DNA of 64,000 nucleotides, taken from assembly GCA_039815375.1 (NCBI GenBank), contig JBCBZJ010000003.1, forward strand, positions 1 through 64,000, written 5' to 3'. A program made the translations under genes and the position numbers. Of this stretch, positions 1-10,449 are shown piece by piece. The DNA is from Verrucomicrobiota bacterium. Lineage in GTDB: Bacteria; Verrucomicrobiota; Verrucomicrobiia; Opitutales; Coraliomargaritaceae. The notes under the pieces are model-generated. The model did no database searches and had not been told where the DNA came from. It saw nothing but the letters and a program-made list of their open reading frames with translations. Position 1 is the first letter of the stretch; each line of letters opens with the position of its first letter.

Positions 1-98
1 ACCTGATAAGAGGTCAAGCTGAACAGCGAGGCAAGTTACCCATATTTGCGACAGCGCAGCACTTGACATTCATTCGCAGCGCCATGCAAATGGATCGC

Positions 99-197
99 AT
101 GATCATTTGCATTTGCAATCACTATACGGTAGCCATCATCACTGGTGATCGTGTAAAACCATCTTGCCAATGCGGAGTTCTAACTTCTGTCTCCTGA
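99..197 (+). CDS. Putative 32-aa Cys-rich peptide (MIICICNHYT...PSCQCGVLTSVS)
   Basis: Hand-translated from ATG 99 to TGA 195-197, with an alternative in-frame ATG at 84. TTGACA at 63-68 lies 30 nt upstream. Below the size cutoff of the ORF track. Confidence 0.3.
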   Translation: MIICICNHYTVAIITGDRVKPSCQCGVLTSVS

Positions 198-210
198 GTT
201 TTGTAAATCA

Positions 211-1392
211 ATGAGTCTGATCGATACTATTCGCACGAACACAGATACGATCATCGGTGATACGGAGCTCGAGGATCGTATGCATGGCAGCCGCCCCCTG
301 CGCGTCAAGCTCGGCGTGGATCCCACGCGCCCGGACCTCACCTTTGGCCATCTCGTCGTCTTTAACAAACTACGCCAGTTCCAGGATCTTGGCCATGAGG
401 CCATTTTGATTATCGGTGACTTCACCACGCTGATCGGCGACCCGTCTGGACGCTCCAGCACGCGCCCCGTATTGACTAAGGAAGAGATCGTCGAAAACGC
501 GCAGTCCTATCTTGATCAGGCCTTTAAGATTCTCGATGAGAACAAGACACTGGTTTGCTACAATAGTGAGTGGTTCAATGATATGAGCTTCGAGGATTGC
601 CTGAAGCTCGCACGTAAGATGACCGTCGCCCGCATGCTTGAGCGCGACGACTTTGCAAAGCGCTACGCCGGCAACGCGCCGATTTCGATTATCGAGTTCC
701 TTTACCCGCTGATTCAGGGCTACGACTCGCTGTTTTTAAATGCCGACGTCGAGATTGGTGGCACCGATCAGCTATTTAATATGCTGGTTGGCCGCGCGCT
801 CCAGAAAGACGCCGGCAAGCAGGAACAGGCCGTCATTACCATGCCGCTGCTCATCGGTCTTGATGGCACGAAGAAGATGTCCAAAAGTCAGGACAACTAC
901 ATCGCGTTTACCGACAGCGCCAAGGAAATGTTTGGAAAGATCATGTCGATCAGCGACGATACGATGTGGGACTATTACCGGCTGCTTCTCGAGGCCGGCG
1001 AAGAGCGAATCGAAAAACTCAAGGCAGGTCATCCGATGGAGGCAAAGAAGCATCTGGCCTCCTCGCTGGTTGGCCAGTTCCACTCGATGCAAGCTGCAAA
1101 GCACGAGCTGGAACAGTTTGAACAAGTCTTTTCGAAGAACAAGTTGCCTGATGACATGCCGGTCTTCACATGGCACGACCTCCTCGGTGACGCTCCGAAT
1201 GCACCGCTTTTTGAAGTCATGTCGCGGTCAGGGCTCTTTGAGAGTAAAGGCGCCATACGTCGACTTGTCCAGCAGGGTGGAGTGAAGATCGACGGAGAAA
1301 AGCAAAGCGATCCGAACCGTGAGCTCAGCCCACCGAACGGGGACCAGATTTTCCAGGCAGGTAAGCGGGTCTTCTTCAGGATCGTCGGCTAG
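211..1392 (+). CDS. tyrS: Tyrosine--tRNA ligase
   Basis: KLGVDPT...LTFGH (HIGH-like), GGTDQ and KMSKS motifs; C-terminal S4-like domain. Confidence 0.97.
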   Translation: MSLIDTIRTNTDTIIGDTELEDRMHGSRPLRVKLGVDPTRPDLTFGHLVVFNKLRQFQDLGHEAILIIGDFTTLIGDPSGRSSTRPVLTKEEIVENAQSYLDQAFKILDENKTLVCYNSEWFNDMSFEDCLKLARKMTVARMLERDDFAKRYAGNAPISIIEFLYPLIQGYDSLFLNADVEIGGTDQLFNMLVGRALQKDAGKQEQAVITMPLLIGLDGTKKMSKSQDNYIAFTDSAKEMFGKIMSISDDTMWDYYRLLLEAGEERIEKLKAGHPMEAKKHLASSLVGQFHSMQAAKHELEQFEQVFSKNKLPDDMPVFTWHDLLGDAPNAPLFEVMSRSGLFESKGAIRRLVQQGGVKIDGEKQSDPNRELSPPNGDQIFQAGKRVFFRIVG

Positions 1393-1644
1393 TTTCTCTT
1401 TCTATCCACCTTTATTGTGGACTTTGGAGGTGGGCTTTTCTTGGCAGGAGCAAAATACTCCAGACAGTTTAGGTGCCAAAAGTTGCCAAGCTTTGAGTCC
1501 ATAAACATTTGTCTTTTCTGGCCCGCTTCACTCTATGACCGGGGCTTGTACCACTTTCGGAACTCATAAAATATCCAAAAAGAATATTTTATACTTTCAA
1601 ACCGGAGTAACCTCTCCAAGCTACAGCTCGTTTTTCTCTAATTT

Positions 1645-2202
1645 ATGAAACGCGGCTTACTTCGGATTTTCCTTCTATGCCTGACGCCGATGGCTCTGCT
1701 TGGTGGAACAGATCAAAACGTTCCCGGACTCACGACTCTTTAGGATAGGGGAGAATCCCTGCCATTCCCTGATCGCGACCATTATGATTCTGGAAATCGT
1801 TTTAAAGCGGGAGCAACCCCTGTGCAGTCTGCTACTGTTAATGCCTCACGTGCATTTATCAAAGTTGAAGCAAGAAGCGATAGTCGCAAGACGAAGGTTA
1901 GGTTACATGGCCAAGCTGGTGATCCACTAATACATTGGGCATGTGACATCGATTGGAATATATTCGTGGAAATTGACGCAACTGACCCAGCTGGTCCGAA
2001 GTATCAAATATCAGGAGCACATGACGATTCTCCTGCGTTTGAAATCGATTTAGAAACTTCTGATCCAGATGACAGGGCTCAAGTCTACAACCACTTGCAT
2101 ACTCTGCCATTTGATCCTTTTAGCTTATGTGATCCGGGGCAGGATGATAACAACGTAGATGACGTTCTGATTCCTAACACTACGAAAGGAAATGCGCCGT
2201 GA
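1645..2202 (+). pseudogene. Secreted protein with a DUF3238-like C-terminal region, interrupted by an in-frame TAG at 1741-1743
   Basis: ATG 1645 gives a signal-peptide-like MKRGLLRIFLLCLTPMALLG in the same frame as ORF 1822..2202, with a single TAG between them. DPL...DIDW...ISGAHDDSPAFEI resembles the G-x-HDGFP-x-(Y/F)EI motif. Confidence 0.5.
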
Positions 2203-3011
2203 GACATGTTTTTCTTATCTCTCTTTTTGTCTTCAGCTTGGTTTCCAAAGCTCACGAGAAAGATGATTTGATCTCGATGCTGACTAGTGATGAAGCGGAG
2301 AAGATAGGAGAGTCTCTAGCTTTTTTGAATCAGCAGGCACAGAGCAAAATCAGAGGTAAGCCAGGACAAGATATTGATTCTATACTAAAGCCAGCCAGAG
2401 AGTATCTCGCTCCTTATCAAGAGCATCTTCTCAGTGTCGATTTAGTTGAATACCCTAAAGCTGTTTATCTTCTAGGTCTGTCTTCACCTAATGAAAAAAT
2501 AGCTAGTGTCGTTTTAGCGTATGCTGAATCTGGTGAAGTGGAATCTATTGGCCTAGCACTTACCGCATTGGCTTCGATGAATTACAATCAGCCAGAAACA
2601 ATAAGGCTTATTAGAGATACGCTAGGCAAAACTCAGCATGCGCAGAATTATAGACTTGCTGCAGAAATGGCTCTCAAATGGGAACTCACAGACTTGATTC
2701 CTGAAATACGTCAGGGGCTTCAATCAGATAATACCAATGTTCAAAGGGCTTCCGAGTCGGTCTTAGAGCGTTTTGAACTGCTTATAACTGAAGAAGCTGA
2801 AGAGCCTGTTGTTGAAATTGCCCCAGCTCCTAAAGTTGAAGAGGTGGCTGAAGTCATCGCGCCTGAACCATCAATCGAAGAAGAACCCGCCGAGGTAGTT
2901 GTTTCTGAATCAATCGAAGAAGACGTTGAGCCATCATCGAACTGGCTTCTGTGGTTAATCGGTGCTGTGGTTATCTTTGGTGGTGTCTTCGTTCTTCGTT
3001 CGAAGAAGTAG
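2199..3011 (+). CDS. Exported HEAT-repeat-like protein with an acidic Pro/Glu linker and a C-terminal TM anchor
   Basis: Signal peptide, helical core and EEPAEVVV linker, ending SSNWLLWLIGAVVIFGGVFVLRSKK. GTGA overlap with the upstream ORF. Confidence 0.75.
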   Translation: MRHVFLISLFVFSLVSKAHEKDDLISMLTSDEAEKIGESLAFLNQQAQSKIRGKPGQDIDSILKPAREYLAPYQEHLLSVDLVEYPKAVYLLGLSSPNEKIASVVLAYAESGEVESIGLALTALASMNYNQPETIRLIRDTLGKTQHAQNYRLAAEMALKWELTDLIPEIRQGLQSDNTNVQRASESVLERFELLITEEAEEPVVEIAPAPKVEEVAEVIAPEPSIEEEPAEVVVSESIEEDVEPSSNWLLWLIGAVVIFGGVFVLRSKK

Positions 3012-3312
3012 CGCGACCTTGGTCAATGCCACTTGCTTCGCCGCTAACTCTCAAGATGGGAGCATCCTTAATTGGTCCGGTCTCCGGCCCTTGCTGGTCT
3101 ACAGTCTCGGAACTTAACAGCTTCTCTCATCCAGATATCAAAGACACAACGGCTGTCGCACTTCCAGGCATCCTCTCGATACAGCCCAACCGCCTCGCAC
3201 CGTCGAATCGTCCCCTGAGCCCATACATGAGAGGGTCTTGTTATGGTCGCAGCAATCCAGTTGAGCCGAATGCCTCGCAATGGATGCAAATTTTCGAATC
3301 CATGCTAATTAA

Positions 3313-3347
3313 TTGACATTCAAAATCTTTGGCTAAACAAACTCACC
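3313..3347 (+). promoter_or_regulatory. Putative sigma-70 promoter of the mreB operon
   Basis: TTGACA at 3313-3318, 29 nt before the GTG start; the -10 element is weak. Confidence 0.4.
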
Positions 3348-4370
3348 GTGCTCGGACTACTCTCTAACGACATCGGCATTGACTTAGGCACTGCCAACAC
3401 CCTTGTTTTTGCGAAGGAAAAAGGCATCGTCCTTCGAGAACCAAGTGTGGTCGCGGTTTACACCTCTACCAAAAAGGTCTGTGCAGTTGGTTCAGAGGCA
3501 AAAAAGATGTTGGGTCGCACTCCGGGTAATATCACGGCGATTCGTCCAATGAAGGACGGTGTGATTGCGGATTTCGAGATCACCGAGGCGATGTTGCGCT
3601 ATTTTATCAACAAGGTGAATCGCAAGAAGACTTTTGTTGCACCACGCATCGTTGTCGCTGTTCCCTCCGGTATTACTGAGGTCGAGCGCCGCGCGGTCAA
3701 GGACTCTGCAATTCGTGCCGGTGCCCGGGATGTGGTTCTGCTGGAAGAGCCGATGGCAGCTGCGATTGGTGTGGGGCTGCCGATCGATGAACCTGCGGCC
3801 AACATGATCGTTGATATTGGCGGTGGCACGACCGAGGTAGCTATTATCTCGCTGGCTGGAGTCGTTTTCACGAAGAGCATTCGGGTCGGTGGAGACGAAA
3901 TCGACAGCGCAATCGTCAATTACATGAAGCGCGCCTACAATCTCATGATTGGCGAGCGCACAGCGGAAGAGATCAAGATTCGTGTAGGATCTGCATTCCC
4001 GCTTGAAGAAGAGGTTTCCATGGAAGTGCGGGGCCGCGATTCAGTCGCTGGATTGCCGAAAACGATCACGATCACTTCACAGGAGGTCCGCGAGGCACTT
4101 TCAGACACGATCCAGTCAATTGTCGATTTGGTCCGTAATGCTCTCGAGCGTTGTCCGCCAGAGCTTTCTGCAGACCTTGTCGATCGCGGCTTCTTTCTTG
4201 CTGGTGGTGGTGCTATGATTAAAGGATTGGACCAAATGTTAAGCGATGCGACCGGTCTTCCCGTTGTCATCGCGGACGACCCTCTCAGCGCGGTCGCAAA
4301 CGGCACAGGCATGGTGCTTCATGAACTGGCCTTCCTCTTGAAGGACCTCACCGGGGCTCCTAAAAACTAA
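3348..4370 (+). CDS. mreB: Rod shape-determining protein MreB
   Basis: [21 protein letters not shown] and LAGGGA actin-like ATPase motifs. Confidence 0.98.
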   Translation: MLGLLSNDIGIDLGTANTLVFAKEKGIVLREPSVVAVYTSTKKVCAVGSEAKKMLGRTPGNITAIRPMKDGVIADFEITEAMLRYFINKVNRKKTFVAPRIVVAVPSGITEVERRAVKDSAIRAGARDVVLLEEPMAAAIGVGLPIDEPAANMIVDIGGGTTEVAIISLAGVVFTKSIRVGGDEIDSAIVNYMKRAYNLMIGERTAEEIKIRVGSAFPLEEEVSMEVRGRDSVAGLPKTITITSQEVREALSDTIQSIVDLVRNALERCPPELSADLVDRGFFLAGGGAMIKGLDQMLSDATGLPVVIADDPLSAVANGTGMVLHELAFLLKDLTGAPKN

Positions 4371-4379
4371 ACTCAGGAC

Positions 4380-5231
4380 GTGGCGAACAGACGCCTCGAT
4401 AGATACAAGCCTTTAGTCGCCCTCGGCGTCTTCCTCCTTGCGTGGTGGCTTGCTCCAACTGTGGTAAAGTCCTTCCTGAAACTGAGTTTTACCGAGTTTC
4501 AGGCACCCGCATGGGTCGCCAACTCTTATCTCGATGATTTGGAAGGCTTCTGGTCCCGCAATATGCATTCGAAAAGGGACCTTCAATTTGCAGGTCAGGA
4601 AATCGCACGCGCGAAAGCTTACTATCAGTTTAATGCGCAACGTGCAGAGACACTTGATGCCGAGATACGCCGGCTTGAATCCATCCTCAACCTGCCCAGC
4701 CGCCGTGAATACCGCTATGAAGTCGCTCGGGTCATTCGCCGCGACCTGAGCGCATGGTGGCAGCATTTGATCATTCGAAAGGGCCGCGACTTCGAGATCC
4801 CGAAAGGGGCCGCAGTGGTCTTTGCTGGAGGTGTCGTTGGCCGTATTGTTGAGGTCAATGCTTTTACGAGTCGTGTGGAGTTAATTTCCAGCCCGAACTT
4901 CCGGATGGCTGCGCAGTTCGCCGGCGACGATCGCCCGTTAGTTTACGAAGGAGTTGCGCAGTCTGGGTTTGGGCAGCCTAAGGGATTCGTCCGCGATGCA
5001 CCGCAGGATTTGGTTGCCAACTCGAAAGAGCCTCTAAAGCTTGTGTCCACGCGTTTAGGTGGGACTTTTCCGCCTGGCTTAGCCATCGGATCTGTGGCTT
5101 GGCTGGAACCAGGAAGCACGGGCATTTTCCAAGCAGGAGAAGTGTTACTCGATTCAGATCTACTCAGCCTACACGAAGTCGCGGTCCTCATACCGCTCAA
5201 TCCCATCGAGCTCGAAAGCGATGCCCCTTGA
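4380..5231 (+). CDS. mreC: Rod shape-determining protein MreC
   Basis: N-terminal TM and coiled coil, GVVGRIVEV and GGTFPPGLAIG motifs; follows mreB. Confidence 0.92.
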   Translation: MANRRLDRYKPLVALGVFLLAWWLAPTVVKSFLKLSFTEFQAPAWVANSYLDDLEGFWSRNMHSKRDLQFAGQEIARAKAYYQFNAQRAETLDAEIRRLESILNLPSRREYRYEVARVIRRDLSAWWQHLIIRKGRDFEIPKGAAVVFAGGVVGRIVEVNAFTSRVELISSPNFRMAAQFAGDDRPLVYEGVAQSGFGQPKGFVRDAPQDLVANSKEPLKLVSTRLGGTFPPGLAIGSVAWLEPGSTGIFQAGEVLLDSDLLSLHEVAVLIPLNPIELESDAP

Positions 5232-5751
5232 TCCACGTATATTGATCCTCTTCGGAGCCAATGTGCTCCTACTGCATCTGATGCTTTTGGTAAACTCGGC
5301 AATGGGTTCTTGGCCGGTCTATCTTTTCCTGCTGGGTCCTATGCTGGCACTGCCTGCGCTCTATCTCCGGCATCGGTCCTATTTTGTTTGCACATTGTTG
5401 ACCGGGCTCTGGGTCGATGCGTCGATGCCGGTCGCTTTCGGGTTTTTTACGGCACTTTTCCTATGTTTTGGTGCACTGATCTTCTTTTTCCGAATACGCT
5501 TTCGGGTGGAGCACAATTATCACCCGATTCTTTTAGCCCATTGCATGAACTTCGTCCTGCTTGTTGCGCTGACTGTAGCCACGGGAAGCGACTACTTTAA
5601 TGTATCTGAATTTTGGATATATGTTTTAACCACGTCGCTCAGCTCTCATCTGGCTCTCATTTTGGTTGCTCCATGGTTTTTTAATTTGGAGCGTCTGCTC
5701 TTCGAAATCTGCCGCCTCGAGACCGAGCCGGACGACTTTCCAGTGCTATGA
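5221..5751 (+). CDS. mreD: MreD-like membrane protein
   Basis: Polytopic hydrophobic 176-aa protein located between mreC and the PBP2 gene. Confidence 0.7.
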   Translation: MPLDPRILILFGANVLLLHLMLLVNSAMGSWPVYLFLLGPMLALPALYLRHRSYFVCTLLTGLWVDASMPVAFGFFTALFLCFGALIFFFRIRFRVEHNYHPILLAHCMNFVLLVALTVATGSDYFNVSEFWIYVLTTSLSSHLALILVAPWFFNLERLLFEICRLETEPDDFPVL

Positions 5752-7697
5752 GTCAGTATGATGTGCACCGGGGAGAGAATCCACGGATAATCTTTTTCTT
5801 TTGGATCATTATGGGTGCCACGTCGGTCCTGCTGGCCGGGTTGGGTTGGCGACAGCTTGTTGCCAGTCGAAAGTATGAGGAAATTGAGAAGCGACAGACC
5901 GAACGGCGTGTCTTGATGCCCGGTCCACGAGGAGACATCTACGACCGTAAGGGAAATCTTCTTGTGGGGAATCGTGCGCATTACTCGGCTGTGGTTTATC
6001 TCGATGACTTGCGTCGAGAGTTTCGCGAGGAATACTCTTCGATTATCCGAGCCGAACGTTTGCGCCTACGGCAAGTCTACGAGGAAACGCCTGCACTTGA
6101 TCGACCGGAAGATCCACCTCTTCCTGACTACAACAGTTTACAATGGGTTGCACGGGAGAATGTAATCCAGCGTTACATTGATGAGATCAATCGGATTACG
6201 GGACGGGAGGATACAGTTTCGAGACGCAAAATCATCCGCCATTTCAATGAGCAGCTGCTACTGCCGTTGCCTTTGGTCGAGGACTTGAGCCCGGACCAAT
6301 ACGCGCGCCTGGTAGAGCAAGTCCCGGTCGGCTCGCCGATCAAAGTGCACACTGGCACGGCTCGCTACTACCCCTATGGCACGGCTGCTGCCCATACCCT
6401 TGGCTATGTTCAGAATGTTCTTCCTGATGCGAGCGAGTTTCCGGATGACGGAATCAAGACTTTCACCTTTAAGAAGAAAATAGGCAAAACAGGTCTTGAG
6501 CGGTCTTTTGACGAGTTGTTATCCGGTTCCATTGGAACCGAAATGTGGCGGGTTGATCCGCTCGGTTTTCAGGACAGCCGTTTGGAGATGGTTGCGCCAC
6601 GACAAGGGGATGACCTCATTACCAGCATCGATATCGACTTACAGCTCGCTGCTGAAACTGCACTCGGAGAGCGAACCGGGGCTGCGGTTGCGATTGATGT
6701 GAAGACCGGGGAAGTGCTCACGATCGCAAGTCATCCAAATTACGATCTGAACGATTTGAGCCCTTTTATTCCGCAGGCGACATTTGACGAGATCAACGAG
6801 CGTGGGGCTTGGTTGAACCGAACGGTTCAACTCTCATACCCGCCGGGCTCGACCTTCAAGCTGCTTACGACAATTGCCGGTATGCGTGCTGATACAATTG
6901 GGCCTGAAACAGAGCATAATTGCCAAGGAGTTTTTGCGGTGGGAAACCGCATTTTTCGCTGCCATGCCCGCTTCGGACATGGAGTCGTCGATACCGCAGC
7001 CGCGATTGAGGGAAGCTGTAATGTCTACTATTACGCGGAAGGGCTGCGAATGGGTATCGATGTCTTGAGTGCAGAGGCAAAACGTTTCGGGCTTGATCAA
7101 AAGACTGGTATCGAACTGCCTGAAACCAGACGGATGGTCGTTCCGAGCAAGGACTGGAAACGAGAAGTAATTGGTGCAGGCTGGGTTCCCGGCGACACTG
7201 CAAACACGTCGATCGGCCAAGGCTTTCTCCTTGTGACGCCGCTCCAGATGGCCACCTTCATGGCTTCATTGGCTCGTGGCGAAACGCGGACGAAATCAAC
7301 GCTGCGTGCGCTATCTCCTGATGAAGCAAGAGCTACCGATCACGGTGGTGAGCCAATCGGCCTAAACCAAGACGAATGGGCTGATCTTTGGGAGGGTATG
7401 GAACGTGTGGTAGGCGCCGAAGGCACCGGCCGGCTGGTGCAGATTGATGGTCTTCGCATCGCAGGGAAAACCGGCACAGCAGATTTCCGAGCTCATGGAG
7501 AGGAAGTGAATCTGGCTTGGTTCATTGGATGTGCGCCTGTTCACGATCCTGAGATTGCTGTCGCGGTGATGGTTGAAGGCACGAGTGCGTCCGATAGTTT
7601 TCATGGGGGTTCTACTGCCGGGCCAATTGCTAAGGATATCTTCTTAGAGTTTATCGAGCAATATCCGGAACGCTCTGGTCTGCCTACAGCACAATGA
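5748..7697 (+). CDS. mrdA: Penicillin-binding protein 2
   Basis: [14 protein letters not shown] (SxxK), SCN and KTGT motifs; mre operon context. Confidence 0.93.
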   Translation: MSQYDVHRGENPRIIFFFWIIMGATSVLLAGLGWRQLVASRKYEEIEKRQTERRVLMPGPRGDIYDRKGNLLVGNRAHYSAVVYLDDLRREFREEYSSIIRAERLRLRQVYEETPALDRPEDPPLPDYNSLQWVARENVIQRYIDEINRITGREDTVSRRKIIRHFNEQLLLPLPLVEDLSPDQYARLVEQVPVGSPIKVHTGTARYYPYGTAAAHTLGYVQNVLPDASEFPDDGIKTFTFKKKIGKTGLERSFDELLSGSIGTEMWRVDPLGFQDSRLEMVAPRQGDDLITSIDIDLQLAAETALGERTGAAVAIDVKTGEVLTIASHPNYDLNDLSPFIPQATFDEINERGAWLNRTVQLSYPPGSTFKLLTTIAGMRADTIGPETEHNCQGVFAVGNRIFRCHARFGHGVVDTAAAIEGSCNVYYYAEGLRMGIDVLSAEAKRFGLDQKTGIELPETRRMVVPSKDWKREVIGAGWVPGDTANTSIGQGFLLVTPLQMATFMASLARGETRTKSTLRALSPDEARATDHGGEPIGLNQDEWADLWEGMERVVGAEGTGRLVQIDGLRIAGKTGTADFRAHGEEVNLAWFIGCAPVHDPEIAVAVMVEGTSASDSFHGGSTAGPIAKDIFLEFIEQYPERSGLPTAQ

Positions 7698-9301
7698 GCG
7701 AAGCTTCGAAGCAGAATAGACTTTGGGGTCTTCTGGCTGGTGTCACCTCGTCACTTCTATGGGTCTTGTCGATTCCACCTTTTGAATTTGCTGAAGCAGC
7801 CTACATCGCCTTTGTCCCGCTCTTGCTCTGGTTGTATACCCGACCTACCGGAAGAGTATTTTGGTTGGTTGCCTTGGGCGTTGGATGGTTTAGCTGGTTC
7901 GTAATTCTGATCTGGTTACGCCATGTAACCTGGGTGGGCACCTTCGGTCTGAGTTTCATTTTAGCATTACTCTTTGTCGTATGGTTGGCAGCAACTCGCA
8001 TGATCTTACCGTTGGTTGCGGGGCGTGGATTCCATCTGCGTGTGGTCGCCTTTGCCAGCATTGCCGGGCTTTGGGTATTAATTGAATGGATGCGGACTTG
8101 GTTGTTGTGGGGTTTTCCCTGGGCTCCGTTCGCTTTGAGTCAGTGGCAGCGGCCTGTAGTTTTGCAAATTGCTGCGTGGAGTGGCGCTTATGGCGTTTCT
8201 TTTCTCTTGGTTCTTTTCAACTGCTGCATCGCGCAGACTCTTCGAAATCGTCTCTTCAAGAAAGAACAGAAGGTATGGCTGGGTTGGTTCAGTCCGGATC
8301 TGTATCTGGCCATGATCGGCCTCGGTTTCTGTATCTATGTTTTTCTTCATACCTTACCGCAACCCGACTCTTCAAAGACCCTTTTCAGGGCGGGTGTAGT
8401 CCAGCCTTACATCAGCCCAGAGCTGAAATGGGAAACTGATCGCGAGATTGAGAATCTGGAAATTCTAGAGCGACAGACCCGCTTCGTCGCCAGTTTGGAT
8501 TGTGATCTGGTGCTCTGGCCCGAAGCGACGACGCCTTGGCCGGCGGTAGGTTATCCCGAAATGCAAACGCGTGTCTTAAGATTGGTAGAGGAAATCGGGA
8601 AACCTATTCTTATGGGGACCGTAATTTATCAAAGCGAAGGTGAGCTCTGGCACAACGGTGTGGCCTTGGCTTATCCCGGTGGTCGCCTTGCCGAAGGTAT
8701 TTACAAGAAGAGGGAACTCGTTCCTTTTGGCGAGTATGTGCCAAAACCGTTCGATTTGATTGTCGATCAATTTGTGCCGCTTGATGGGAGCTTCTTGCCT
8801 GGCAAGGGCCCGGAGTTGATTGATTTGGAGCTGAGTGAGCAGATTTTAAAAATAGGTTCTTTGGTTTGCTATGAGGATGTCTTCCCTGGCTTGGCTCGTG
8901 AGACGGCACGAGCTGGTGCAGAAGTTTTTTTTGTCGCCACTAATAATGCATGGTATGGCGAGGAGGGAGGAGCTGAGCAGCATGCAGCACATTCTGTTTT
9001 ACGTGCAGTCGAGAATCGTCGTCCTGTCATACGCTGTGGCAATGGTGGCTGGAGCGGCTGGATCGATGCTTACGGCACTGTGCGCGAGGTGCTCTACGAC
9101 GAAAATGGGAGCATTTACTTTCGCGGCGGCGGTACGTACACGGTCATGCACTATGAGGGCTGGATGAGGCAACAGAGCTTCTACACGCGGCACGGCGATT
9201 GGTTTGTACTGCTTAGCGCTGGCTTTGTGTTTCTTGCCGGAGCCCTCTTTATCTGGACAAAAAAATGCCCTCCGGCGTTTCCACCGAAGGGCTTATCCTA
9301 A
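7694..9301 (+). CDS. lnt: Apolipoprotein N-acyltransferase
   Basis: [19 protein letters not shown] and VCYED nitrilase-fold motifs with multiple TMs. Confidence 0.95.
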   Translation: MSEASKQNRLWGLLAGVTSSLLWVLSIPPFEFAEAAYIAFVPLLLWLYTRPTGRVFWLVALGVGWFSWFVILIWLRHVTWVGTFGLSFILALLFVVWLAATRMILPLVAGRGFHLRVVAFASIAGLWVLIEWMRTWLLWGFPWAPFALSQWQRPVVLQIAAWSGAYGVSFLLVLFNCCIAQTLRNRLFKKEQKVWLGWFSPDLYLAMIGLGFCIYVFLHTLPQPDSSKTLFRAGVVQPYISPELKWETDREIENLEILERQTRFVASLDCDLVLWPEATTPWPAVGYPEMQTRVLRLVEEIGKPILMGTVIYQSEGELWHNGVALAYPGGRLAEGIYKKRELVPFGEYVPKPFDLIVDQFVPLDGSFLPGKGPELIDLELSEQILKIGSLVCYEDVFPGLARETARAGAEVFFVATNNAWYGEEGGAEQHAAHSVLRAVENRRPVIRCGNGGWSGWIDAYGTVREVLYDENGSIYFRGGGTYTVMHYEGWMRQQSFYTRHGDWFVLLSAGFVFLAGALFIWTKKCPPAFPPKGLS

Positions 9302-9320
9302 CAAACAACAGTCTACAAAA

Positions 9321-10334
9321 TTATTCAGTTCCGGCTTGTTCCGCGAAGAACTCCTGCAGGACTTCCATCTTCTTTTGTTGGATATTGTCCTGATGAATTT
9401 CTTCTTTGGTACGCTGACGCTCATTATCGGTCATGACACGGCGCATTTTATGAAGGGCAATGTTTTGAATCTGGCGGACTCGCTCACGTGTGATTTGAAA
9501 GCGTTCTCCAACTTCCTCCAGAGTGAGCGGATGACTGCCATCAAGACCAAAGCGTAATTGGATAATCTCTGCTTCACGAGGCTCGAGTTGACTGATGATC
9601 GACTTGATGTCGTTGCTCATAGTCTTCTCCTGAAGATTTTCGAATGGAGTGGCTTCGTTTTCGTCGCCGACGAGTTCTCCGAAAGTAGTGTCTCCGTCTT
9701 CGCCGACAGGCGCGTCTAACGACGAGGGCCGGACGCTGACCGATTTGAGATGCGCGATCTTGTTAACCGGCATATCCATTGCGTAAGCAATTTCTTCATC
9801 TGTTGGTTCGCGGTCGAGCTCATCGGCAAGCTGTGCTGTAGTTTTTCGCATCTTGGCGATGCGATCAACCAGATGCACTGGCAGACGGATCGTCTTGCTC
9901 TGATTGGCAAGAGCCCGCTTTATCGATTGCTTGATCCACCAAGCTGCGTAGGTGCTTAATTTGCCACCCTTGGATGGGTCAAAACGTTCGACTGCTTTGA
10001 CCAAACCGATGTTTCCTTCGCTAATCAGATCAAGCAAAGGCAGTCCGAAATTATTATAATCATGTGCAATCTTTACCACTAAGCGCAGATTTGCCGAGAT
10101 CATCTGATCTCTAGCCGCTTTGTCGCCTTCCTTGATTCGTTCAGCAAGATGAACTTCCTCTTCTTTTGTGAGCAGTGGCGTTTTCCCGATTTCCTGCATG
10201 TAAGTGCGCATCACATTGCGATCGGTCGATGGCAATTCCCGGACATCTGTGACGACGTCAGCTTCATCTGTTTGTGTTCTAGGGACGATTCCTAAGCGTG
10301 CCCTCGAGTTCCTGCCTTTTTCTGTTCGTGCCAT
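9321..10334 (-). CDS. RNA polymerase sigma-70 factor, RpoD/RpoS family (lacks region 1.1)
   Basis: YMQEIGKTPLL, NLRLVVKIA, DLISEGNIGL, STYAAWWIKQ and TLEEVG..TRERVRQ motifs. The start could extend to GTG 10400. Confidence 0.93.
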   Translation of the reverse strand: MARTEKGRNSRARLGIVPRTQTDEADVVTDVRELPSTDRNVMRTYMQEIGKTPLLTKEEEVHLAERIKEGDKAARDQMISANLRLVVKIAHDYNNFGLPLLDLISEGNIGLVKAVERFDPSKGGKLSTYAAWWIKQSIKRALANQSKTIRLPVHLVDRIAKMRKTTAQLADELDREPTDEEIAYAMDMPVNKIAHLKSVSVRPSSLDAPVGEDGDTTFGELVGDENEATPFENLQEKTMSNDIKSIISQLEPREAEIIQLRFGLDGSHPLTLEEVGERFQITRERVRQIQNIALHKMRRVMTDNERQRTKEEIHQDNIQQKKMEVLQEFFAEQAGTE

Positions 10335-10449
10335 TTTCGATCTCCCTATCGATGCCGGAGCATCATTTATGTGAGACGCGAGACCGGAAATTGTTCCCAC
10401 GCTTCATTAAATAAAAACGTTCGGGGGGCCGATGGCTTACAAAAAATAC

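Noticed and set aside
1741..1743. Genome-wide TAG recoding or pyrrolysine
   Set aside because: tyrS, folE2 and other genes terminate normally at TAG, and no pyl genes are in the window
3012..3312. Intergenic stretch with short ORFs on both strands (2951..3316, 3068..3289)
   Set aside because: No recognisable protein motif or known ncRNA signature found by eye
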